Source: Octopus bimaculoides
Taxonomy: Eukaryota
Assembly: GCF_001194135.2 (NCBI RefSeq)
Contig: NC_068981.1
Location: 81,087,425 to 81,128,678, forward strand
Direction of reading: 5' to 3'
DNA: 41,254 nucleotides
The position numbers and the translations under genes were made by a program. Shown one piece after another: positions 1 through 12,100 of the stretch. The notes beneath the pieces are model-generated. The model saw only the letters and a list, made by a program, of their open reading frames with translations, ran no database searches and was not told where the DNA came from. Every line of letters starts with the position of its first letter. Positions within the stretch are counted from its first letter, which is position 1.

Positions 1-348
1 GATGGGCCGGGGGCTTTCCCGGTCTTCATACTCTTAATTGCTTTATCTACCCTGGTACTATCAACTCGGATAGCTGGTCCCTCTATTGGGTCGACATAAG
101 GCAGGCTCTCTTTCTCCCATTCATTCTCTTTATTAAGCAATCTATCGTAGTGGCATCTCCAGACCTCTTTCTTTGCATCCTCATTTAATGCAAGCGTACC
201 ATCATCCATGCGAACACATTTCTCTCCTACAACATCACTATTCTCTCTCCTACACTGTCTTGCAACCCGAAATACCTCGAGTCTTTGGTCCTCACGGCGC
301 AGAACATTGGCAAATCTTTCCTTATCTGCTTCCCCTCTGGCTAATACA
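1..348 (-). mobile_element. RTE-clade LINE fragment (linker upstream of the RT domain), cut by the window edge
   Basis: Minus-strand translation ARGEADKERFANVLRRED...KKEVWRCHYDRLLN...KAIKSMKTGKAPGPS. KAPGP marks the start of a non-LTR RT region. Confidence 0.85.
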
Positions 349-440
349 TTTTTAAGAGAAATGTAAGTTATCTTTTATTGATAATAATCTGTAAATATGA
401 GCAAGGATTAATAAAAAAATAACTTTTATAACTTACTATT

Positions 441-1265
441 TCAGCGAGATACATGAGCTTGATGGGAAGAATAAAGATTTTGGATATTAGGTGGAATAGT
501 AGATAATGACACTCTCATTTCACTATCAAGTATTTTCAAGTTTCCACGTTTCGATGTCTTTAAGTTTAGCATTACTGACAAAGCAGCTTCACAAATGTAT
601 GTAGTAGAAAACTGCAAAAGAATTAGTAAAGCTTTTTTAGCTAGGTTTGGGTGCTTCTTTGAAACATGAATCCAAAAGTTCTGTAAATTCCCTTCTTCAT
701 AAATCAATAACAGACACCAATCATTCTTGATTTCGGCTAGTTCTTCTTCGGTAAGTGAAAAATCAATCGTTGCAATTGCAAGAAATGGATTTCTGATCCA
801 ATCATAGTTTTGGATTTCAATATTTGGAAAATAATGATTAAGTTTTTCTCTAAGCAATGTTAAATGGCCGACAATTAACTAGCTGATCTCACATTTTAGC
901 TCACACAAGTTTTGGAAAACATTTCAAAATTTCCTTCTTTTACTTTGTGTTTCTAAATTGTTATCTCGTCTCTCATAGCACAAATTTTGTCAGCCGATGT
1001 TAAGATATTTTCTGCTTTTCCCTGTGTACTTGTGTTAATTTTATTCAAATGTTCAAATATGTCTGAAAGATGTGCCAATTTGGTGTAACAAAGTTCGTCT
1101 TGAATCAGACCATGGAATTCATTCTGTTGATTTTCTTCAAAAAGTTTAAGCACCATTTCTCTTAATTCATATACATAACAAAGCACATGACCTTTTGAAA
1201 GCCAACAAACCTCTGTGTGTAGTAGAAGCTTCTTGAAATTTGGTCTCATTTCTTCACAAATATGA
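441..1265 (-). pseudogene. Frameshifted hAT (Charlie/Buster, ZBED5/ZBED8/FAM200-like) transposase fossil, C-terminal part
   Basis: ORFs 953-1249 (LLLHTEVCWLSKG, from HTEVRWLS) and 441-857 (WIRNPF, FSTTYICEAALS dimerisation region) are in different frames. Confidence 0.85.
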
Positions 1266-2404
1266 GTTATTTAGTAAATGCTTCATTATATTTAAAATTA
1301 ATTGAACCAGTGTTGGCATATTTCAACAGAAATAAGGTAAAAAAAAAAAAGTGTTCCATCCAAAGATAGGAATATTACTGATATGCAAGCATATTTGTGT
1401 AGAGATACTTAGTAATGAATGCACTGTTACTTCTCTACTACTGTTATTACAATGACATTTATTGTTCTGAAGTAGTTATTTGCATATACCATCTCCACCT
1501 GTTTTCTTAGTGTGTCTCCTTACCCACAAATCTCACACAAATTGTGATATCTGGAGGGGAAGGAGACAATAACAATTGTCTCTCATTTGCCCAGAATGGC
1601 AATTTCATCCCAGCCCCTTTTTTATATCTCGTGCAGATACCAATCTGCAGACATTTAAATTGAAGTATTAACTGCATAGTTCTCACTAGTCAGTAGGAAG
1701 TTGGGGTTGCAAAGCAGATGATGACTCACTAGCTCTCCTTTCCTAACTAATTTCCTTTAAAATATTTACAGATAGTCATTATACTAGACTAGAGTCTAGT
1801 TCAAACACTATTAGTATTACTACTAAAGTTTGGAGACACATCTTTATCTTCCATATCTTATGCTACCCAATTTATGTATTCTTAGTCATGATTGTCTGTC
1901 TTTTCACTTCTATAATATTTATTATATGAATATTAAATTACCTGCAGTGTTTGACTGGTACATTATTTTATTGACCCCAGAATGACAAAAGGCAAAACTA
2001 ATCCCAACAGAATTTGATTTCAGAAAGTAACGCAACCACTTTGTCCTTACTCTCTAATGATTGATAATCAAAAACCTATTCTTAAAATGGTTAGGTTGTT
2101 GGCAACATGAAAGTGCCAGCAAATCCTAGAAATAATGAAGGATACATTGTAATTTATACAGACATTTTACATAAACATGAAAAATAAACAATTGTAAAGT
2201 AAAAGAAAAAGAAACTTGCTTCAATAATTCATACAAATGCCTAAATTTTTTATCAACCCTCCAATTCACACTAACATGAAAATATTGCTATCATTAAATA
2301 TGCAGATAAAGGCCTAACACATCTTCATCCAACAATATTAAAAAAAATTCTATATTCTATTGTATTTCAACCACAATTTCAGAAAATAATCCAAAGTTGT
2401 AGTT

Positions 2405-2756
2405 GCGTATTAGGAAGCTTGCTTTGCAATGACATGGTTCCAGGTTTAGTCCCACTGTGTGGCACCTTGGGCAAGTATCTTCTACTATAGCCTTGGGCTG
2501 ACCAAAAAAGCCTTCTGAGTAGATTTGGCAGACAGAAACTGAAAGAAGCCTGTCATATATATATATATATATANNNNNNNNNNNNNNNNNNNNNNNNNNN
2601 NNTATATATAGTGGTTAGCATTAGGAAGGGCATCCAGCTGTAGAAACTCTGCCAAATGAAATTGGAGCCTGGTGTAGCCATCTGGTTCACCAGTCCTCAG
2701 TCAAATCGTCCAACCTATGCTAGCATGGAAAGCGGACATTAAATGATGATGATGAT
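2405..2756 (+). mobile_element. tRNA-derived SINE family A: head, (TA)n, 28-N gap and RTE-like 3' tail ending (GAT)n
   Basis: Head homologous to 5244-5450 and 18968-19200. Tail homologous to the RTE 3' end at about 16610-16755. Confidence 0.7.
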
Positions 2757-2842
2757 TCTGTTTCAGTAACATTCTGTGTTGGGGCTTTTCATTATATGTA
2801 TGTGTATGTCTGTTTAAAATCACAACCTTTCTCTATTTTTAG

Positions 2843-2960
2843 GATTTGCTGTTGTTAAATGAAGCTGACCTGCGTGACCTTGGTGTTAAGGATTGTACTC
2901 ACAGGACAAAGATAGTCTCAAGTTTGTGCTACCTGCGAGATAACTATAAGAATTTGCCAG
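2843..2960 (+). CDS. BCAR3: BCAR3-like exon encoding the C-terminal half of a SAM domain (DLLLLNEADLRDLGVKDCTHRTKIVSSLCYLRDNYKNLP)
   Basis: Acceptor ctctatttttag|GAT, donor CCAG|gtgaaa, 118 nt open frame. Matches the SAM helix 3-5 pattern LLxLxExDLxxLG...HRxKI. Phase 1 end fits the next exon. Confidence 0.8.
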
Positions 2961-5900
2961 GTGAAACATGCTTAATCTAACATTTTCTTTAATCTGTTTC
3001 CTGATTTACTTGTAGGTAACTGCTAGTGACAGGGTTTAAACAGTGGAGGAAGGTGATGATGCAGTAGCTGGTCAATAATAGATATTCCAAGGCACTAACA
3101 TATTGTCACATTGAACCAACTCACTTCTCATTACTCTATTCCTCACATGGTGTTTACTCAGCTATTTACTTAAATGGCAGGGGTTGGTTACACGCTCAAA
3201 ATATTTCTAAATCTTTCACCAACTTTTTATAATAAACGAAACAAAATATTAAAGTCAAAAAAAGTATGAGGAAAAACTCCCATTAATTGTTCTCAGTTCA
3301 GATGCATATTCATTCGTATCTGTTCTGCAGTTTTGTTTATCACCTCTTCTCAAGCATCAGTTTAAAAAATTCTTGACAAAGTACCATTTATGAAACCTTT
3401 TTCCTCTAATTTCTCAGGTTTGTTTTAATTTCAATTTGTAATTTATATATTTTCTTGGAGATATTTTCTATTATTTTCTTTTCTTCTCACATTATTTGCT
3501 CAAATAATATATGAATTTACTTTAAGAGACTATCTTTAATTTAAAATGCTCTTCATTGCTTTTTTCTTGTTTTTTCCCTTAACTTTTAACTATCTCTGAA
3601 AAGACACCTATCATACAATCCCTAATTTACAAAAACAATACATGCTTTCACCTTATAACCTCCCTTCCAAGCCTTTTCACTCAAGCTTTCCCCACTCTCT
3701 CATCTCTTCTTTTCTTGTCACCTATATTGTATTCATCTCTCTCCTAGGCCCTACATTAACCAAATTTTCTAGTCCTTCTTTCACAAAATGCTAACTCTCA
3801 AGAATTCTCTTCATGCTCATGTTTTTCCAACTGTTGAAAAACAAAAAGAACATCAACCATATTGGTCTCAGAAGGCTATTTAGACAGATTGTCTATGGTT
3901 GGATGCCCTTTCTGTCAACAACCCTTGCTTGTTTGCAAATAGAGCTAGGTATAGTGAGTGCAGGAGGAAATGCGAGAAAGAAATGTAAATTGGTTTGTTG
4001 GGGTAGAGTAAGGGAAAAGTTTTCTCATTTGTGGGAGGAACACCTAGGTTTGGGGCTAGCAGATGGCAATAATAGAGTGAGACAAGACATGTGGGTAGAA
4101 TGCACAGACTGGTGCAAGCAGAGAGCAAGGATACTGTGGCACTTAGCCAACAGGACAAGATTGGGGAGTGTGAAGTAATCATAGTACGTGAAGCAGGAAT
4201 GTGAGGAAGAGAAGAGATGTAGAGATGTATTTCCACCAGATATTAATTTTCAGTAATCCAAGCATTACCTTAATCATGCTAGCCTCAAAAAATCTTCTCT
4301 CACTCCTTGTTCTAAAAAGCCCCACAAAACTAGTCCCAAGATAAAGAATTCACTTCCAACACAATCATTAGATTGCTAGCTTTAGGAAGGCCTCTTTTTT
4401 TTACCTCCACTTCAAATCATACTGCATCACTAGGAAGACTAATTTTATCTGTTAAATCTGTCTCCATCACCCACCAACATTGCCACTACATCCCTCAATG
4501 TCACCATTATATCATTACCATTATTAACCCTATTCTAAAGCTACAGCCAAAACAATGTCTTCCTCCTATGATTACTACCACTACTACCTTTGCTATGAGC
4601 CCTTGAAAGATCTTTTTTGTAACCTACTAGAAATAGAAACCAAATCTCCTTCAACTCACACTCGCTCTTAAAACAAAAAAAAGGACATATTTCATAATGT
4701 AGTCATGCATATACAAAACGATGGGGTGGTCATGGCTAGACTGTTTTTGCCCACATCACTACTCCTTGATTGTTTTTAACCCTTTAGCATTCAGATTATT
4801 TTATTAAATGTTAATGCTTATTTGTTTACATAGTTTTCAGTCATGCATTATCTCATAGCTTTGAGATTTAGATGATGCGGAAAATTATTTTTAGAAGGAC
4901 TTTGTAGGGTAGATATGAGAGGCCACATCTGGATAGTTTGAACATAAAGCAGGTAGAATATTTGGGTTGGATATAGCCAGTTTCAATGTTAGAGAGTTAA
5001 AGAAAGACCTTTGTTGACCTCATTATTTGTCATTTCTCTGCCAATCTACTTCTCACCAAAGCCTATTGTTATCATGTTATTTATTAATTTTCTTTATTTA
5101 CAGATAAAAGAAATTCTTGGAGTCAGCTGTCCAATGCACCACCACCTCCACCGTAAGTTACTAATAGATACATGTAGGCATTCACATATGCACATCCTAC
5201 TGTACTCATCTACATATCAACTATAAATACAAACAGTACTTCAGGCACAGGTATGGCTGCATGGTAAGAACTTTGCTTCCCAATCTACATGGTTTTGGAT
5301 TCAGTCTCACTGCATGGTACCATCTACTAAAGCCCTGAGTTAACCAGAACTTTAGTTGAAGCCTTGTGGCTGAGTTAACCAAAGCCTTGTAGATGGATTT
5401 GGTAGACAGAAACTGAAAGAATCCTTCCATGTACATGCATATATATGCATATCATCATCATTTAACACCTACCTTCTATGCTGGCATGGGTTGGATGGTT
5501 TGACTGGAGCTGGCAAGCCAGAGGATTGCACCAAGGTTCACTGTCTGTTTTGGCATGGTTTTCACAGCTAGTTGCCCTTTCTAATGTCAGTCACTTTACA
5601 GAATGGACTGGATGGTTTCTGCATGGCACCAGCACCTGCGAGATCTGCTCTGGCATGGTTCTTACAGCTGGATGCCCTTACTAGTGCCAACCACTTCACA
5701 AAGTAGACTGAATGCTTTATATTAATGCATAGGTTTGATAAATGCCAGTGCATGAAACTCTTGGCCTTTGAGTCACTTTGTAATTTCTGTTGAAGAGATA
5801 AATGTGTGTGTGTCTCCTTATCACAACAACACGTGATAGTTGTAAACATACGTCACCATCATACAAGTAATGTCATTTTTTTTCCAATCTTCCATGAAAA

Positions 5901-6053
5901 CATGGCAAGCCATATTGAAAATATTAACTTGCTTGCCAATAGGTAGATGGTTAACAATAGGACAGGTATCTTGGCCATAAAAATTTGCCTCAACGAATTT
6001 CTTCTCGTACAAGAATGGGAAAAGGATGTTAAAAACAATAAAGATGACAATGA

Positions 6054-6102
<49 letters not shown>

Positions 6103-9100
6103 GCGAGAGAGTTAGGGGTTGAGGGTTTAACCCACTAAGGGATAGTATCTATCCAGTATACTGCCGGGAGGGTACCCAATTATTGCTACACTAGTGTTAT
6201 ACCAAGTGCAATCAATGGGAGCAGGTAAAAGTGGAGGTTTTACCCCATTTATTTATTAATGGGTATCTGTAGAAAATCTATGTGACAGATGCTTAATTTT
6301 ATCACTAATTACTTGTTACAAACAGAATTTTAAATGAATAAATTGAACAAAATATTCCTCATTATCATTTAATAAATAATAATAATATATATACATAACA
6401 ATTTTACTATTGATATATGGTTAGTTCAGCTTATTTAGTAATTGCTTCTTGGTATTCAGTTAACTAAACAACATGTCAGTGTTTCATTGAAATAGCAGCA
6501 TAGTGAAAATATCAGCCTTTGACATTGATATCAGTGGGGTGATAGAGAGAAGGAAAGGAACAGGCAGGGAGAACATTGCTAATATGGTAGTAAACAGTAT
6601 GTTGAATTACATCAAAGATAAGCTTTATTGGGGTAAAATATAACTTTATGGCCTAACATACTTCTGATAAGAACTATATATTTACTATCTATATTTGGTT
6701 TGACATCATGTGGTATACTTGTGTTCCTTCTGTGAACTCAGATAAATTTGGTAATAATATTTATAAGAAAGGCCATTTGAGTTTGAAATGGTAAAAATAT
6801 CAGACTAAATGCCTTGCATTTTTTATGCTTTGAATTCAAACCTTGCAGGTTTTGACTTCATCTTTCATCTCTGTAGGGTAAACAAAATAACTACCAATAA
6901 TAAACTGATGCGTTAATTTTATAGAATTGATTCACCACTGCTACCACCATACTCATATAAAACATACATTTAGTGCATACCAATATAAAAATTTGTATAT
7001 TTGGCAGGGAGCTTTTCCTGTTTTACATTAATCTTTTCATGATTGCATAGGCAGGATAGTGGTTGTCATTAAGACAATAGATATATTTTGAGTCGAGATC
7101 TGATTGTTATTTCCTACAGGTTGAGTAACCCTGTAAAGGTTATCTTAGTTCTTGAATGGGATGGTTTTGTGTGTACATACTTGTGCAATAGCTTTTACAG
7201 TCGAATGTCCTCATAAAAATTAGTGTGAAGTGTAATGTATTTTATGACATTCAGGGAAACTGGAGAATATATATATGTAGTGAAACTACCTCCCGCCATT
7301 AGATACAAACTACTATCGCCATTACATACAATCTTCTCATTTAAATATAAATAAATGCGAGCGTAGTAGAGAACCCATTCCTTGTCATCACGTGACTGAT
7401 CATTATTCGAATCGGCAACTTCTTCGAACCGTTCCCGCCAGAACGCAAACTGACCAATCACGGCCCCTAATAAGGTCACGTGATAGAGTATATTTCTACC
7501 ATCTGGTGAGCCAATAGTTTGTTATAAATAGCTTTAACTCGGCGGCCAAATTTGTCTCGGTCCAGTTNNNNNNNNNNNNNNNNNNNNNNNNNNNNNNNNN
7601 NNNNNNNNNNNNNNNNNNNNNNNNNNNNNNNNNNNNNNNNNNNNNNNNNNNNNNNNNNNNNNNNNNNNNNNNNNNNNNNNNNNNNNNNNNNNNNNNNNNN
7701 NNNNNNNNNNNNNNNNNNNNNNNNNNNNNNNNNNNNNNNNNNNNNNNNNNNNNNNNNNNNNNNNNNNNNNNNNNNNNNNNNNNNNNNNNNNNNNNNNNNN
7801 NNNNNNNNNNNNNNNNNNNNNNNNNNNNNNNNNNNNNNNNNNNNNNNNNNNNNNNNNNNNNNNNNNNNNNNNNNNNNNNNNNNNNNNNNNNNNNNNNNNN
7901 NNNNNNNNNNNNNNNNNNNNNNNNNNNNNNNNNNNNNNNNNNNNNNNNNNNNNNNNNNNNNNNNNNNNNNNNNNNNNNNNNNNNNNNNNNNNNNNNNNNN
8001 NNNNNNNNNNNNNNNNNNNNNNNNNNNNNNNNNNNNNNNNNNNNNNNNNNNNNNNNNNATAATTGCTCACGTGTTATTGACTCTCTTTCTATCTGCTGTA
8101 AACACTCATACACACATGTATCATTCACATACACACTTTTCTTTATATGACGGCCTGTCTTTGATTATGTTATTATATGTCGCATTCACACTCTCACACA
8201 GACATACATCTTTAACGCCATAATAAATATCTCTGTTATCCATCTAATACGGTTGTGGTCTTTCATTACTGGTCATCTATGTTATCATCGCATAACATAT
8301 CATGTATATCATCATTTGATATATATATTTGTGTGTTCGACCGTGTGACACGTTTAAATAAAAGGAGTCCTTTGTTTTTCCATTCGTCACCATTTCTCCT
8401 TTTTGAGTTCGCACTGTCGTCCCTTACATATATATATATATATTACAGTCTTTGCTGGTGGGCAGAGGTTATGAGCCTGTTCAATATTTTTTTCTTGAGC
8501 CAAAGAATTCATAAGGTTAATTACCATGGTACATGAGTGACCAAGACACCATCCATTACAAGGTTCAAAGCCAGCAATTTTGAAGTAAAAGGCTAAATTG
8601 ATTACATCAACCCCGGTATTAGAATGGGACTTATTTTTTTTTTACCTCAAAGGAATGAAAGACAAAGTTATCCATGGTAGGATTTGAACTCTGTGACTGT
8701 AGAAGTGAAGTCAAAACCAGTTGCTCTATTTTGTTCTATATCTATAATTCAGAGCTAAATATTTACCATGTTTATTTGTCTTCTTTGAAGACTGACTACA
8801 TCCTACTGTAGCTTTCTTTAACTCATTTGATATTCACCCATCCAAGACTGCTTTGGGTTCTTTTATACAAACGACCTGTTTTAATGTGATTTAAATTAAA
8901 ATCTTCCATAAAAATTTCAGGTTAATTTCTTTTAGTAAATTCTTCATTAATTTCAAAAGTAACTGAAATGAAGTCAGAATGTTTCAAACTGAAACATGGT
9001 CAGTGACAAAAGGGTTAATATGATCTTCACAAATTCTTGAGCTGTAGATATCTATACAACTGAAGTCACAGACATCCTGTTGTGGATAACTCTACTCAAC

Positions 9101-12100
9101 CATGAGCAAGGACTGTTATTATTATTTAGCTACAAGTCAGTCCTAGTTAAGCTGGCTTATGATTAAAGACATTCAAGCCATGACCATCCACCTTATCATC
9201 CACTAGTCCATTGCACCCAGGACCACATTATCCAATGTGTTTCTATTCAAGGTATGTGATCTTGTGATTAGGATGTTTAGTTTAGTGCCTAGAATCATGA
9301 GTTCAGTTCCTTGACCTAGCAGTGCATTGTTTCCTTAAGCAAGACATTTGATTTCATGTTGCTTCTCTTTATTCAGTTGTAAATGAGTACCAACTGGATG
9401 CTGGTGGAGCACTCTCTCCTTCCAGTTGTCACATCTTGGATGTGCCTCTGGGTTAAGGTGTCTGTAACTACTAGTGAAAGTATAGTACATGCTTCCAAGC
9501 CATACTAACTTGTGAGTGACAGCTGGCTGCTGTTATGGTGTAATTTGAGAGATTTAACTGCTATCTCTAACAGATCAGTTGGCTGTGTAGAGGCTCCTTT
9601 GTTAGCACATGTAGATGTATGATTATTGATATATGTAGGTATGTGACTACATACTGTTACACAAATGTTTACAATTGTGTGAAGTTACGGAATGGTAATT
9701 CCATCATTATCCCTCTTTCAAAATCATGACCCCAATTCAATAAAATTGTCACGAATAGTTTACATATATCTTCAATATTTTCCATATAAATATTCTTTGC
9801 ATATTTAGCCATTTATTTACATTTATTTATTTCCAGTTCTGTCATATGTCATGTAGACTTTGTGTGAAAATTCATTCTATGTATTTATTTTTTGTCTCTT
9901 TCTTCAGGTCTTACTTCTCACCAACTATTTATGACAACAACCAGAATGCAACAAATGAGAAACTACAGCTTGATCTACATCTAGAGTTACAAGGGAACCC
10001 AGGAAATTTACGGTCTTATTCTTGGTATCATGGTCAGATCAGTCGACTTGCTGCCGAACAGTTAGTTGTTGTCAATGGTGACTACCTTGTCCGAGATAGT
10101 GTATCACAGCCAGGAGACTTTGTACTCTCTTGTGGTTGGCATGGAGTCCCCATGCACTTTATTATAAATTCTAAAGTTTTAATAGATGGATATGCCGAAC
10201 CTAAAATAATTTATTTGCTGGAAGATGATGAGTTCAATTCCATCCCTAGTCTCATTGATTATTATGTAAAAAATTCTAAACCTGTAACCAAGGCATCAAA
10301 TGTAATTCTGAAAAAAGCTATAGCTCGGCAATTACCTCTTAGTTCGTATGATATGAAGTATGGCTCTCCAATGAATAAGAATTCTGGATTTTATTCAAGT
10401 ACACCAAATATCAGCCCCAAACCTAGCCCTTTTGTGACCCCAAATACAACTCCGCCTGGCAGTCCAACTGGAATGAAAGACCATCTCCACAAAAGAACTG
10501 GTAGTCAACCTGTACTCTGTTTAGAGCAATCCAGTTGTGACGCTCCATTTTCTCCAACTCACCTGGGTCGCTCTGACAGTGTTCCCTCAATTGGCTACAG
10601 CTCACCTTTATCACCAATAGCAACCCCTACAATGCCATCCCCTCCAATTCATCACACTCGATGTGGTAGTGAACCAATCTTGTCACCACAACCAGTAAAT
10701 CCAACATTCCTCACAGTGCCAGAAAATTCCCTAAACCCAGCTTCATCAGAGAGCAGTTTGTTTAAAGCTCCACCTCCTAAACCCAGCAGGGTCGCTTCAA
10801 TCAAAACAAAGCAACGACCTACAATTGAAATCCGAAATGCTGCATTATATGATGATGAAATGGATTATAGTGAACTTGATCAGGTTGTTGCAACACCTAG
10901 TTGGATCAAAGCTGATAAAAAGTTGGAATTTACCTATCAACAAAACCTGAAAAATGTTTCTTCAGTTCAAGGAACAAGTACTAACAAAAATGGTAAATCC
11001 CTCTTAAAAAACAAATTTCCTAGTAAATCCAAATTTCCATCCGGTAAAGATTCTATAAATGAAGAATACACTGAGCAAATTTTCGATGTTAATTACATGA
11101 AAGCAAAAGAAATCACCATTCCAAACGATAAAAGCTTCCGTAGAAGTTATAACTTGCAAAATTACTGTGGGACATTGATTCCTGATGAAAACAAACCTTT
11201 AGATGTTCATGTATTTTTCAAAGTCTATGACATATTAATGGACAATCCACGACGAATTGCTCAACATCTTACAAAAATTGATGTGGAGTTTATCCGTGTT
11301 CTTGGAGAGGATGATCTTGGAGCTGGAGTTCTGTCTGGTTTAGAACTGATTACATTACCACAAGGTTCAGTCCTCCGGCAGGATATTTTGGAAAGGTAAA
11401 ATATAAATTTTCTCACAGTCAACTTTGAATTACTTTCAGTAGTTTGGGTTTCATATGGGATTATTATTATTATTATTATTTTTTTTTTTGATAGGGTTAC
11501 ATTTTGTTTTTAATGAATATTTAGTATTTATCTCATAACCTTCATCTAAGAATTTATTTCTTACATATAACAAAAATGGTGAAATCCTATTGAAAACATC
11601 AAGTTGCTGGATAAATCAGTTTCTCTCCAGTAGAATACATGTCCTATGAATATTATCATTTACCATGACATATCTCATCCTCATTCTTCTTATATCAAAG
11701 ATTGTTTTATGTTTTACATTTTATTTTGTGTAAAGAATGAGTTATTTAGTCAATGATGATGTTCTGAGTTCAAATTCTGCCAAGGTTGACTTTGCCTTCC
11801 ATCGTTTTGGGATCAATAAAATAGATACCAGCTGATACCCGTTAAACACTGGGGTCAATGTTTTCCCTGAAATAACTGTGTCAAAATTTGAAATTAATAT
11901 ATGCAATGCCTTTCAGTATATGTAGTATAACCTGTATTTTGCACATAACTTATTTGTACATATTTTTTATGGTTCAAATCTGAAGTAGGAAGTGAGCAGT
12001 TTTAATATCTGTAAGACAATATCTTGGGAAAAATTGTTGGTAGCGAAGTAATTCCAGGTAGGGTTGCTATTCAGGGAAGAGGGATTAGAGTAGATATTTA

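Noticed and set aside
1300-2840. Upstream exon carrying the first half of the SAM domain
   Set aside because: I found no open, splice-bounded segment with a SAM N-terminal pattern; it probably lies upstream of the window.
7195-7479. 94-aa antisense ORF over the LTR 5' part; also a TA-CAGTCGAA Tc1/pogo-like start at about 7197
   Set aside because: No recognisable protein motif, and no matching inverted end was found.
7523-8058. Histone or snRNA-type gene hidden in the gap behind the CCAAT/TATA promoter
   Set aside because: It cannot be excluded, but TG...CA termini, TATA flanks and downstream AATAAA fit an LTR better, and no histone stem-loop or RNA gene sequence is visible.
7496-8223. Long ORFs 7496-8134, 7534-8070 and 7552-8223
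   Set aside because: They are artefacts of translating through the N-gap.
9846-9907. ATG 9846 as the main start of the SH2 protein
   Set aside because: The segment is a polypyrimidine tract before a canonical acceptor that is in phase with upstream exons. Retained only as a possible minor isoform.
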